64,000 bases of DNA from assembly GCA_003388555.1 (NCBI GenBank), contig QQVD01000057.1, forward strand, positions 43,192 through 107,191. The letters run 5' to 3'. The position numbers and the translations under genes were made by a program. Below, in pieces: positions 1 to 9,513 of this stretch. The notes beneath the pieces are model-generated. The model saw only the letters and a program-made list of their open reading frames with translations. It ran no database searches and was not told the origin of the DNA. This stretch comes from Acidobacteriota bacterium (GTDB lineage Bacteria; Acidobacteriota; Thermoanaerobaculia; Multivoradales; Multivoraceae). The stretch's first letter is position 1. Every line of letters starts with the position of its first letter.

Positions 1-177
1 CTGTGGGGCGAGACCGGGGAAGCAGGCCGCGAGGGCCTTCGTGACCTCTGTCCGCTTCCGCCGCGTCGCGGCACAGGAGAAGCAAGAGACGCTGTGTGAG
101 GTGCCGGCCATCGGCCTCGACCCCTCTGCAGCGATGGTGAGCGCCGAGCACGGCGCGAAGGCTCGAAGGAGCGGCTC

Positions 178-576
178 ATGCATGGAACGACTGTCTCGAC
201 ACCGATCGGCCGGCGAAGCGACGTCTGGCGAAACAGCTCGGATGCATGGCGTCGCGCCCGCAGCGCCTCGAGGCTCTTCTGGGCTTGCGCCTGTTGTCTG
301 CTCGCCGCCGCTGCGGCCGGCGGCCACGTCGAAGGGGAGCAGCGGACCTCCTACCGACTGCTCGCGGCGGGTTCCGGAGATCCAGCGACCCACTCGGCTG
401 GTGACGGCTACCGCCTGGTCCGCCAGCCGGCGCAGGCGGTGCTCGCCAGGGGCGAGGCCTTCGCGCTGCAGGCGATCAGCGGCGCCGTCACAGGCTTTTG
501 CCTGTGCGGCGAAGCCCTCTTCGCCGACGGTTTCGAGAGCGGGACCACCAGCGCCTGGAGTGCGGTGGTTCCCTGA
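178..576 (+). CDS. Small secreted protein with C-terminal FxDGFESG tail
   Basis: AAGGAG just upstream of ATG 178; hydrophobic signal-like stretch (LFWACACCLLAAAAA); ends ALFADGFESGTTSAWSAVVP, a tail also seen in the 1893-3455 protein. Confidence 0.7.
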   Translation: MHGTTVSTPIGRRSDVWRNSSDAWRRARSASRLFWACACCLLAAAAAGGHVEGEQRTSYRLLAAGSGDPATHSAGDGYRLVRQPAQAVLARGEAFALQAISGAVTGFCLCGEALFADGFESGTTSAWSAVVP

Positions 577-659
577 GCGGCGCGGCCGATCCCGATGCGG
601 GGCTGGCGGAGCGATCCGGTCCCCGAATTCCAAGCCATCGAATCCAAGGGAGAACATCG

Positions 660-1862
660 ATGAACGCAATCTCTCAGCCCGCCGGGTCCTGTCGTGCTCC
701 GAGAAGGAAGGCGCTGAAAGCCGCGGGCTCGCTGCTCGCAGTGGCCAGCCTGATCGCCTCGGCGCTGCACGCCCGCCCGGAGGGTGCCGGATCCACTGGC
801 GGCGACGTGCGTGCCTCGGGCGGCTCCGACTCAGCCTTCGCGCTCTCCAGCGCCTTCACCTACGCCGGAAGGCTCGACCGTGCCGGTGAGCTCGCCGAGG
901 GCGCCCACGACTTCCACTTCGAGCTCTGGTCGCAGCGCGACGGCGGCGAGCTGCTCGGCTCGATCACCCGGCTCGCTCGTCCGGTGCAGGCGGGCGTCTT
1001 CCGCGAGGAGCTCGACTTCGGACCGGCGATCCACGACAGCGCCGAGGCCTGGCTGCAGATCGAGGTGCGCGATCCGGGCGACGCGGCGTTCACGCCACTC
1101 ACGCCGCGCCAGCGGGTCAGCGGTGGCGGCTCGGTGTGCACCGTGCCGGGCGACGTGCAGATCGAAGGGCGGCTGGCGGTCAACACCGACGTCAGCACCG
1201 TCGGACAGGTGCGGGTGCAGGGTCCCGAGGCGACCAGCGACGGCACGGCCGGCACGCTCGTGGTGAGCACGGGACTCGGGCTCGCGCTGCGCTACCTGCA
1301 GATCGACGGCGACGAGATCGACTCGTGGAACCCGTTCGCCAGCGGCAACCGTCTGCACCTGAACTCGAACACGGGCAGCGGGGTGTCGGTCGGCACCTTC
1401 GAGACCGCGGGCGCGCTGCAGGTGGTCGGCGGCGGCGATGCGGGGCCGGGTGGGGGCGGCGCGCTGGTGCTGGGCAGCGCCACCGGCGGAAACCTGGCGC
1501 TCGACGGCAACGAGATCATGGCGCGCAACAACGGCGCCGTGGCGCCGCTCTTCGTGCAGCACAACGGCGGCGACCTGATCTTCGGCGCCGGGCCAGGCGG
1601 CGGGCAGGGCAGAGTCGAGGTGAACGGAGTGCTCGACATGGGTTGGGAGATCGTTGCCAACGAGGCGCCAGATCAATTTGTCTCGGCCTTTTGCCCGGTC
1701 GGGAAGAAGGTGCTCGGGGGAGGCTGCTTCACTGAAGGCTCCGAGTTGCTCGAGAGCTCGGCCCCCTTCTTCACCAACGGCCAGTACGAGTGGTATTGCG
1801 CATGGGACGACTCCGGCCCAGGCGACGTCTGGGCATACGCGATCTGCGCCAACGTCGACTGA
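660..1862 (+). CDS. Secreted fibre/adhesin-like protein (FTYxGRL N-domain, fibre-like beta repeats, 4-Cys C-terminal domain)
   Basis: Start moved to ATG 660 (AAGGGAG upstream, in frame with ORF 498-1862); signal peptide; SAFTYAGRL..DFHFELW..GG motif; repeated L(Q/A)xDG(D/N)EI units; C-terminal CPVGKKVLGGGC...WYC...YAICA. Confidence 0.75.
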   Translation: MNAISQPAGSCRAPRRKALKAAGSLLAVASLIASALHARPEGAGSTGGDVRASGGSDSAFALSSAFTYAGRLDRAGELAEGAHDFHFELWSQRDGGELLGSITRLARPVQAGVFREELDFGPAIHDSAEAWLQIEVRDPGDAAFTPLTPRQRVSGGGSVCTVPGDVQIEGRLAVNTDVSTVGQVRVQGPEATSDGTAGTLVVSTGLGLALRYLQIDGDEIDSWNPFASGNRLHLNSNTGSGVSVGTFETAGALQVVGGGDAGPGGGGALVLGSATGGNLALDGNEIMARNNGAVAPLFVQHNGGDLIFGAGPGGGQGRVEVNGVLDMGWEIVANEAPDQFVSAFCPVGKKVLGGGCFTEGSELLESSAPFFTNGQYEWYCAWDDSGPGDVWAYAICANVD

Positions 1863-1892
1863 GAGGCGCGAGGGCGTCGGCGACGCAGCCCC

Positions 1893-3455
1893 TCAGGTCC
1901 CGGGGACCGCCACGGACCAGCTCCCGGTATCGCCACTCTCGAAACCGTCGCTGAACACGATTCCGAGTTCGAAGGCGCCGAGATCGGGTGAGGCGTCGCG
2001 CGGTCGGCCGAGGATGTCGTCTGGCGGGGCGTTGGCGGGGTCTGCCGCGTCGACGACCGGGCTCGTGTCGGCGGGACGGCCGTAGAGCAGCACCAGGTTC
2101 TCGAACACCTCGCGGATGCTCGTCGAGCCGTCAGCGAAGCTCAGCGTGGCCGGCACCCACCGAGGCAGCACCACGCCGGCCTGCACTCCGAGCAGGGGAT
2201 CGGCGACGGTGGCCGCCGCGTCGTCGGTGAAGTTGACCAGCTCGTTGCCGTCCTCAGGGATCGCGGCGCCGCCGTTCCAGTAGAGGTTCGAGTGGAGCAC
2301 GAAGTCGGCGGTGTCGGCGGGTGGCGTGTCGGAGAAGTCGTTGGCACCGCCGCCCGCCGGTGCGCCGAGGGTCCCGGTCGGATCGCTCCACACGTTGTTG
2401 GCGAACAGGAGCTCGTCGTTCACCGGGTTGCCGCCTTCGCGGTTCAGGCGCATCGCGAAGGCGAGGGCCGGCAGGTCGCCGACCACCGTGTTGTTACGGA
2501 AGGCGATGTCCCGTCCGCCCTTGACGCCGAAGGCCGCGCGCATCGTGTTGGCCGAGTTGCCGATCATCAGGTTGTTCTCGACCGTGATGTCGAAGGCCTC
2601 GTAGATCGGGTGGCCGTCCTCTCCCAGCAGAACGAAGTTGGAGCCGGTGCTGCCCTCCCAGTTGAGGAAGACGTTGCGCTGGATGGCGACATTGCGGCTG
2701 CCGACGTAGAGGTCGGAGCCCTGGTTCGAGTCCTTGACGACGATGAAGCTGCTGGTGTCGTTGTTGTTCGGGCGGCCGCTGCCGGCGAAGTCGTTGAAGA
2801 AGACGTTGTCGCGGATGGTCACCTGGTCGACCGAGTTGGCGTCGATGTGCTCGTCGGAGCCGGTCTGGTTGTAGAACAGGTTGCCTTCGACCAGCACGTC
2901 GAAGGTGGAGTTGTTGATCTTGAGCAGGTCGTTGTTCCAGCTGTCGTGGATCACGTTGTCGCGGATCGTGATCCGCGACACGGAGCCGTCACCGCCGCCG
3001 TCGACGTGCACCACCAGGGGAGCGGCTCCCGGGCCGTCGTGGAAGATCTCGAAGCCCTCGAGCGCGATTCCCTCGCAGCCGCTGGCGTCGCTGTAGGCGG
3101 TGATCACCCGGTCGTTGTTGGTGAGTCGCGCCCGGTAGGGGAGCTCCGAGCGCACGGTCACGCCGACGGGGAAGGTGCCACGCAGGCGGATCCGCCCTTC
3201 GTAGAGGCCGGGCCGCACCAGGATCGTGCTCGCATCCGGCACGCTGTCGAGCGCGTGGGTGATCGTCGCCCAGGGTGCGGCGAGCGAGCCGTCCTGACCG
3301 GGATCATCCGAGCCGTCGGTCGCGACCCAGTAGATGCCGCCGCCGGCTGCGCTGACGGAAGGGATGCCGAGGAGCGCCACGACGCCGCAGGCGGCGACGA
3401 CCAGCCTCGACCTCTTGCCGCGAAAGCGAATGCCCATAGACACTTCGATCTCCAT
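1893..3455 (-). CDS. Secreted right-handed parallel beta-helix protein with choice-of-anchor-Q-like region and FxDGFESG tail
   Basis: Signal peptide; [20 protein letters not shown]-terminus; many IRDNV/VEGNL/VENNL repeats; [22 protein letters not shown]; tail [15 protein letters not shown]. Start may be 3437. Confidence 0.85.
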   Translation of the reverse strand: MEIEVSMGIRFRGKRSRLVVAACGVVALLGIPSVSAAGGGIYWVATDGSDDPGQDGSLAAPWATITHALDSVPDASTILVRPGLYEGRIRLRGTFPVGVTVRSELPYRARLTNNDRVITAYSDASGCEGIALEGFEIFHDGPGAAPLVVHVDGGGDGSVSRITIRDNVIHDSWNNDLLKINNSTFDVLVEGNLFYNQTGSDEHIDANSVDQVTIRDNVFFNDFAGSGRPNNNDTSSFIVVKDSNQGSDLYVGSRNVAIQRNVFLNWEGSTGSNFVLLGEDGHPIYEAFDITVENNLMIGNSANTMRAAFGVKGGRDIAFRNNTVVGDLPALAFAMRLNREGGNPVNDELLFANNVWSDPTGTLGAPAGGGANDFSDTPPADTADFVLHSNLYWNGGAAIPEDGNELVNFTDDAAATVADPLLGVQAGVVLPRWVPATLSFADGSTSIREVFENLVLLYGRPADTSPVVDAADPANAPPDDILGRPRDASPDLGAFELGIVFSDGFESGDTGSWSVAVPGT

Positions 3456-3699
3456 GCATGGTTCGCGTCAAGTCTACGTCAGACGGGAGACGCGAGATCT
3501 CACTCCGAAGACGCCGGAGAGCGTCGGAGACACGGGCTCCGGACCGCGGGCAGGCCTGACGCGAGCTTCGGTCCGCAGGCTCCGAGCTTCGCCATTCCGG
3601 CCGGCACTGGCGCCTCTGTTCCGGGCGCTCGCCCGTCGAGCGAGACGACTGCCGGCGTTGCGAGCTCGGATTGATGTCGGCAGTCGACACCCGGCGCGG

Positions 3700-3842
3700 A
3701 GGGCCATCCGGGACTGCTTTGAAAATGGCCCGAGAGACGGATCGTAACGCGCCAGAATCACGCTTGCCCGCGGCTGCCCGTCCTTACCGGCACCCATTTG
3801 CATCCATCTTGAGGGTGGCCCGAAGGGCCATCCGGGACTGCT
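3700..3842. repeat. 19-bp exact direct repeat (AGGGCCATCCGGGACTGCT) at 3700-3718 and 3824-3842
   Basis: Both copies read directly in the divergent intergenic region, 105 bp apart. Confidence 0.85.
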
Positions 3843-3853
3843 AGTTTCCCGCG

Positions 3854-6022
3854 GTGCGCGCCCCACCGCTTCCCTCCCTCGTTCTCGCGGCTTGCGGGGT
3901 CTGTTGCGCCAGCGCGCTGTGGCTGGCCGGCCGCTTCGTCGTCCTGTCTCCGGGTATCGCTCGCGGACTGCTGATCGCCACCGCCACGTGCGCGGTGGTG
4001 CTCCTGCTGACGGCGCTGCGCCGTGGGACGGCGCGAGGGTCGCGGGTCGCCACCGCCGTCGTCGGCCTGGCGGTGCTCACCGCCGCGGCGCTGTTTCCCA
4101 TCGCCCTCCTGCGCGGCTCGGCGGCCGACCTGCAGCGCTTCGACGGACCGCGAGCAGCGCAGTACACCGCGACCGACGCCGACGCCGCGCCGACGCGGCT
4201 GCGCGTCGCGCAGCTCAACGTGCACCACGACTATCCCCGTCACGCTCTGCTCGCCGAGAGGGTCGACGAGCTCGCGGCTGTGCTGGGCGAGATCCGGCCC
4301 GACGTCGTGGTGCTCAACGAGGCCTGGCACGTGGCCGGCTCCCGCAGCCTGGCGCAGGAGCTCGCCGGGCGCCTCGGGCTGCACGCGGTCTACGCACGCG
4401 CCAACGGCTCGCGGCGCTGGCTCGGCTTCGAGGAGGGCACCGCGATCCTCAGCCGCTTTCCGGTCGCCGAGGCCGAGCGCGTCGTGGTCGAACCGGACCC
4501 GAGCCTGTTCGAGCGTCGCATCGCGCTCTTCGCCGAGCTCGAGGTGCCCGTTCACGGGCGACTCGGCGTCGTCGGCACCCACCTGCATCACGCCGACCGG
4601 GAGATCGCGGCGCGGCAGGCCCGTTCCTTGTTGTCCAGGCTCGACCCCGATCGTGGCTCCCGCTCCGGCGACGCGCCAACCGTCCTCGTCGCCGGGGACT
4701 TCAATCTCGAGGCCGGCGATCCGGTGTTCCGCGGCTACCACGACGCCGGCTATCTCGACTCCATGGCGGAGGGCGTCGATCGCCTGATGGTCGGCGAGAA
4801 GGCGGGCTGGCGCACGGTGTGGGCCGATTCGCGCGGCCTTCCTCTGCACAGCACCGGTGCGTTGCCGTTCCAGGGCACGGCGACGGTCGTCGCCGCGACC
4901 GCGCCGCTTCGCGACCCGGATGCACTTCCCGGGTCGATCTCCGACCACCCGCTCCTGCTCGCCGAGATCGAGCCGCTCGAGCCGCGCAGCGACTGGCCGG
5001 GGCGCTGGACGAGCTCTCCGCCGACGGATCTGGGATTCGATGTCGACGCCTTGGAAGGAGCCATCGAGGCGATCGGCGAGCTCGCAGGCGTCGAGTGCGT
5101 TCTGGTCGTCCGCCACGGCAGGCTCGCCGTCGAGCGCTACTTCCGCGGCGCCGATCCCCGCCGGCTGCGCAACGTCAAGTCGGTGTCGAAGAGCGTGCTC
5201 TCGGCGATCGTCGGCATCGCGATCGAGCAGGGCCATCTGGCCCTGGACGACCGTCTCGCAGAGCTGCTGCCGCCGGCGCTGTTCGGCGGCGACGAGCTCA
5301 AGCAGGCGATCACGGTCGGCGATCTGCTGACCATGCGCTCCGGCCTCGAGTCGACCAGCTTCGGCAACTACGGCTCGTGGACCTCGAGCCGCGACTGGGT
5401 GGCCGACGCGCTGGCGCGGCCGCTGCTCGAGCCGCCGGGGACGCGTATGCGCTACAGCACCGGAGACACCCACCTGCTCTCGGCGGTGCTGACCGCCGCC
5501 ACCGGCACCTCGACGCTCTCGTTCGCCGAGGAGCACCTCTTCCGTCCTCTCGGCATCGACCGCGTGGTCTGGCAGCGCGGCACGCAGGGGATCTACGTCG
5601 GCGGCAACAACCTCTCGATGACGGCGCGCGATATCGCCCGCTTCGGCCAGCTCTATCTCGACCGCGGTCGCTGGGGCGAGCGCCAGATCGTGCCCTGGCA
5701 GTGGGTCGACGCGTCGACCCGGCCGGTCGCCGAGACGCGCTGGGGCGGTGGCGGAGGCTACGGCTACCTGTGGTGGATCCGGCCCGAAGAGGAGCGCGGC
5801 GCCTACACCGCCAACGGCTTCGGCGGCCAGTACATCTACGTCGCGCCCGCGCACGAGCTGGTGGTCGTCATCGGCTCCAGCGAGACCTCGAAAGGACGCG
5901 AGTGGAGGTGGGAGCTGTTCGATCAGATCGTCGGCGGAATCGTCGCCAGTGTGGAGTGGGGGAGCGCCGGCAGTGCGCCCGGGCTGTCGGCTCCCGCCAA
6001 TCGGGGCGTCTCGTCTCCCTGA
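3854..6022 (+). CDS. Membrane-anchored fusion of endonuclease/exonuclease/phosphatase (EEP) domain and class C-like beta-lactamase/serine hydrolase domain
   Basis: Three N-terminal hydrophobic segments; EEP motifs QLNV, LNE, THL, GDFN, SDH; serine hydrolase SVSK (SxxK), LLTMRSGL, YST, YGYLWW, GFGGQ. Confidence 0.85.
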   Translation: MRAPPLPSLVLAACGVCCASALWLAGRFVVLSPGIARGLLIATATCAVVLLLTALRRGTARGSRVATAVVGLAVLTAAALFPIALLRGSAADLQRFDGPRAAQYTATDADAAPTRLRVAQLNVHHDYPRHALLAERVDELAAVLGEIRPDVVVLNEAWHVAGSRSLAQELAGRLGLHAVYARANGSRRWLGFEEGTAILSRFPVAEAERVVVEPDPSLFERRIALFAELEVPVHGRLGVVGTHLHHADREIAARQARSLLSRLDPDRGSRSGDAPTVLVAGDFNLEAGDPVFRGYHDAGYLDSMAEGVDRLMVGEKAGWRTVWADSRGLPLHSTGALPFQGTATVVAATAPLRDPDALPGSISDHPLLLAEIEPLEPRSDWPGRWTSSPPTDLGFDVDALEGAIEAIGELAGVECVLVVRHGRLAVERYFRGADPRRLRNVKSVSKSVLSAIVGIAIEQGHLALDDRLAELLPPALFGGDELKQAITVGDLLTMRSGLESTSFGNYGSWTSSRDWVADALARPLLEPPGTRMRYSTGDTHLLSAVLTAATGTSTLSFAEEHLFRPLGIDRVVWQRGTQGIYVGGNNLSMTARDIARFGQLYLDRGRWGERQIVPWQWVDASTRPVAETRWGGGGGYGYLWWIRPEEERGAYTANGFGGQYIYVAPAHELVVVIGSSETSKGREWRWELFDQIVGGIVASVEWGSAGSAPGLSAPANRGVSSP

Positions 6023-6054
6023 GGGCCGAGCGACCTTCGGGTAGTGTTGCGTGG

Positions 6055-9000
6055 ATGGGCCTTCGCGCGCAGTGGCTCGCTCTGCTCTGGAGCTCGGTCG
6101 GCGTCTGGTCGACGGCGACCAGCGCCGTTTCGGCCCAGCAGGCGCGCCTCGAGTGGAACCTCAACGACCGCGTCGTCCAGCAGTCGTCGGAGGTCGTCGA
6201 CTATCACCGAGTCGGCGACTTCGTCGTCTTCTTCCAGCGCAAGGATCAGTTCGACGGCGACGTCGATTCGCTGACCCTCTGGTCGACCGCGGGTACGACG
6301 AGCACCACGAAGCGGATCGCCGGCTTCGACGTCGACTTCGCCGAGGTTTGCGGTGATCGCGCCGGACTCCTCTTGTTCCGCGCCGGCGGCGGGCTGTACC
6401 GAACCGACGGCACTCTCCCTGGGACCTTTCGGCTCCTGCAGGACGCGACATGCAGTTCCGTCCGTCGCGTCGACGGAGGTTGGGTCTTCGTGGTTCCGGG
6501 CGGCGTTTGGAGCGCTCCGGACCTCGACAGCCACCCGGTGCGAAGCGTCTCTCTCTCGGGGGTAGGTCCTTCTTCCGCGAGCGCGCACTGGCTGGGCCGG
6601 AACGTCTTCACGACGGTCGTGAACGGGCGAGGCGACCTGTGGGCGACTGACGGCACGGAGCGAGGCACGGAGCGCATCGCGATGAATGCCGGTCGCCCCT
6701 TCGTGGCAGGCGATCGGGTTGTCTTCGTCCGGGCGAGCTCCGACGTCACGGCCGACCTGTGGAGCACGACGGGCGACGAGACGGCTGAGATCCGGCTGAC
6801 AGAGCAGTCCTCGCTGACCGGAATCGCCGTGGTCGGAGCGGCGAACGACCTCGTCTTCTTCCGTGCATTCGGTATTGACGGCGAGGAGCTCTGGCGGACC
6901 GACGGCACCCCGGGCGGGACGATACGCCTGACCGATTTCGACTCGGCAAGGCCCTTCCCTTTGCAGGACTCCTCGGGGCAGCTGTTCGTCGCCTTCGAGG
7001 ACCGCCTGATCTTCGCCTCTGAAGACGCGGCATCGAGCGGCGAAGTGACCTTGTTCTCGACCGACGGCGTGGGCTCCCCAGCGCACCTCGGGAGCACGAG
7101 CCGCGGTCGTTTCGAGTCGCGCCGTCTACCGGCGTCGTTGGCCCTGTTCGTTGGCGAGCGCGTCCTCCTGACCGATGGGACGGGAGGAGGAACCCGCGTG
7201 CTCGAGCCGGGTGCACGCGTGGGCGGGATCGTCTCTTCCGGCGGTGAAGTGCTCTTCTGGCTCGAGCACGTGGACGGATTCCGGCTGATGTCCCTGAGCG
7301 AGAACGCGCAGCTCGGTGAGCTGTTCACGATCACCTCGCCGCGACGCGAGGGGCTGTTCAGCTTCGCCAGACTCGGTTCACGGGTGCTGCTGTCTCGGGA
7401 GCTCGACGGCTACGGGTTCGAGCCGTCGGTGATCGAGTTGGGTGACTCCCCACCGCGACTGACGACACTGATCGATCTCGAGGGAGCCGAATACGGTTCA
7501 CTGCCTCACAACCTCGTCGCCTTCGAAGACCGTCTGCTGTTTCGGGCCTATTCGGGTCCGGCCGGTCTCAGGCAGTTCCGGTTGGCCGGCGATGGCTCAC
7601 CGCCCAGGGAGCTCTTCGGCCCTGTCTTCGGCTGCGGCAACGTCTATGGGTCCGACGTGCGCCTGTTCGTGGTCTGTCGCGACGAAGTCCACGTCATCGG
7701 CCCCGGGCTGGCACACCTGGCGACGGTCGATCTCTCCATCACGCTGAGCGGATTCAGGCCGCAGCTGCTGGCGACCGATGAGGGTCTCTTCTGGCGATCC
7801 GACGAGCTGATCGTCGTCACCAACGAAGGCGAGCTTCGCAGCTTCGATCTCCCCGCCGGCTCGAGCGGAATCAACGAGCTCATTCCGGTTGGCTCCGAGA
7901 TGCTCGCCAGGTCTGCTTCGGCAGGGATGCCGGTCCTGTACCACCTCGACGTGGCCCAAGGCGTCGCCTCCGAGATCGTGGCTGGCGTCGCGGGGCTCTC
8001 GCGGACGCAGTTCGGAATCCGCGAGCTCGCGGGATTCATCTGGTTCGGGTTCGACGAGAAGATCTGGCGTCTCGACCCTGAGACTCTCGAAGCCGTGGAC
8101 ATGACTGCGGCCGATCCTCGGCTCTTCGGGGCGACGCTCGTGGTTTCTGTCGGAGAGGTGATCCTGCTCTGGCGGCCGGACGGGCTCAGCGGTGAGCTGC
8201 TGCTGTGGGATCCGGAGGCCGGACAGATCGATTCCCTGGGTCCGTCACCAGGGCTGCCGCCAGGTGACCGCTTCTCGCACGCGGCGGCTGACGCTGCCTA
8301 CTTCACGCTGGCCACGGCTCAGGGCCACACCGTCTGGTACCTGGAACAGGGTGGCGTCCCCCTTCCGGTCGTAGGGCTTCCGGCGCCCGAGGATTGGGGC
8401 GCGACGCCCGGGACCGTTCTTTCTGCCTTGGGCACGGAGCTCCTGACCCTGCCTTCTGGCGAGTACGGCAGGGAGATCTGGCGACTCGACAGGGGCCGGG
8501 CTTCATTGGTCAAAGACTTCTATCCCGGCCCGATCACGGGTGTCGGTGGAGAGATCGTTTCAGCGTTGGGGAAGGTGTACTTCGCAGCGGACGACGGTCT
8601 CTTCGGTGAGGAACTGTGGAGCCTGAGCGATGGTGCGTCGCCTTGCCACGAAGACGATTCGCGTGCCGCCTGTCTCGCAGGTGACCGGTTCGCGCTCGAG
8701 GTCGTCTACCGGCTGAGGCCGGACGAGGGCTGGCGGCGCGCCGTGGCCAGCGCTCTGACCGAGGAGACAGCGACCTTCTGGTTCTTCGAGGAAGAGAACG
8801 TGGAGGTCTTGGCGAAGGTGGTCGACGGCACGGCTTTCAACGGCTTCCACTGGCTCTTCGTCGGTGCGTTGACCAGTCTCGACTACGTGCTGACCGTCGC
8901 GGACCTCGAGTCGGGCCGATCCAGGCGCCTGCACAACCTGGGCGGTCAGGTGACCAGTATGGGTGACGTGGAGGCCTTGAGCGACGCGGTGACGGTTCCA

Positions 9001-9399
9001 GGTCTCGAGCTCTCGAGTGCCGGCACGGTGCTCTCAGAGCCGCTTCCCTGCGATACCGAGGGCGACCGCTTCTGTCTCGGCACGGACGACCGGTTCGAAG
9101 TCGCGGTGACATGGACGGACTTTGCAGGCGGTTCCGGGACGGGGAAGGGAAGGCCCCTCTCCGAGGACACCGTCGCTGTCTGGTTCTTCGATCCCGACAA
9201 GCTCGAGCTCGCTCTCAAGGTCGTCGACGGCGCGTCGATCAACGACAGGTTCTGGTTCTTCTCCGGCTCCCTCTCCAATACGGAGTACACCATCACTGTG
9301 CGGGACACCATCACCGGTGTGATGAGGACCTACACGAACGAGCTCGGCGTGTTCGGTAGCGTCGCCGACATCGACGCCTTCCCGGTGTCGCTCGACTGA
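6055..9399 (+). CDS. Secreted ELWxxDGT-repeat beta-propeller protein with tandem duplicated C-terminal domain
   Basis: Real start likely ATG 6055, since the upstream part of ORF 3892-9399 shadows the previous gene; signal peptide; LWSTAGT, LYRTDGT, LWATDGT, ELWRTDGT, GEELWS repeats; two copies of CLxxxRF...FWFF...KVVDG...NxxxWxF. Confidence 0.85.
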   Translation: MGLRAQWLALLWSSVGVWSTATSAVSAQQARLEWNLNDRVVQQSSEVVDYHRVGDFVVFFQRKDQFDGDVDSLTLWSTAGTTSTTKRIAGFDVDFAEVCGDRAGLLLFRAGGGLYRTDGTLPGTFRLLQDATCSSVRRVDGGWVFVVPGGVWSAPDLDSHPVRSVSLSGVGPSSASAHWLGRNVFTTVVNGRGDLWATDGTERGTERIAMNAGRPFVAGDRVVFVRASSDVTADLWSTTGDETAEIRLTEQSSLTGIAVVGAANDLVFFRAFGIDGEELWRTDGTPGGTIRLTDFDSARPFPLQDSSGQLFVAFEDRLIFASEDAASSGEVTLFSTDGVGSPAHLGSTSRGRFESRRLPASLALFVGERVLLTDGTGGGTRVLEPGARVGGIVSSGGEVLFWLEHVDGFRLMSLSENAQLGELFTITSPRREGLFSFARLGSRVLLSRELDGYGFEPSVIELGDSPPRLTTLIDLEGAEYGSLPHNLVAFEDRLLFRAYSGPAGLRQFRLAGDGSPPRELFGPVFGCGNVYGSDVRLFVVCRDEVHVIGPGLAHLATVDLSITLSGFRPQLLATDEGLFWRSDELIVVTNEGELRSFDLPAGSSGINELIPVGSEMLARSASAGMPVLYHLDVAQGVASEIVAGVAGLSRTQFGIRELAGFIWFGFDEKIWRLDPETLEAVDMTAADPRLFGATLVVSVGEVILLWRPDGLSGELLLWDPEAGQIDSLGPSPGLPPGDRFSHAAADAAYFTLATAQGHTVWYLEQGGVPLPVVGLPAPEDWGATPGTVLSALGTELLTLPSGEYGREIWRLDRGRASLVKDFYPGPITGVGGEIVSALGKVYFAADDGLFGEELWSLSDGASPCHEDDSRAACLAGDRFALEVVYRLRPDEGWRRAVASALTEETATFWFFEEENVEVLAKVVDGTAFNGFHWLFVGALTSLDYVLTVADLESGRSRRLHNLGGQVTSMGDVEALSDAVTVPGLELSSAGTVLSEPLPCDTEGDRFCLGTDDRFEVAVTWTDFAGGSGTGKGRPLSEDTVAVWFFDPDKLELALKVVDGASINDRFWFFSGSLSNTEYTITVRDTITGVMRTYTNELGVFGSVADIDAFPVSLD

Positions 9400-9513
9400 C
9401 GCGCTCGAACCTTGCCCGGTGGCGGAGCGACTCGCGCTGCCGGCCGGGCGACACTGCCGCGTTCTCACCCCTCGCGAGCACGGCTTCGCTCTCGCCATCT
9501 GAGGATCCGTCCC

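Noticed and set aside
41..889. 282-aa ORF at the window start
   Set aside because: Low-complexity R/S/P/A composition; overlaps two better-supported genes in other frames
5100..6022. Antibiotic-resistance beta-lactamase call
   Set aside because: Motifs fit the broad class C-like serine hydrolase/esterase family; resistance cannot be inferred from sequence
3892..6054. N-terminal 721 aa of the 1835-aa ORF
   Set aside because: Arg-rich off-frame shadow of the EEP/beta-lactamase gene; protein-like sequence and a signal peptide begin only at ATG 6055
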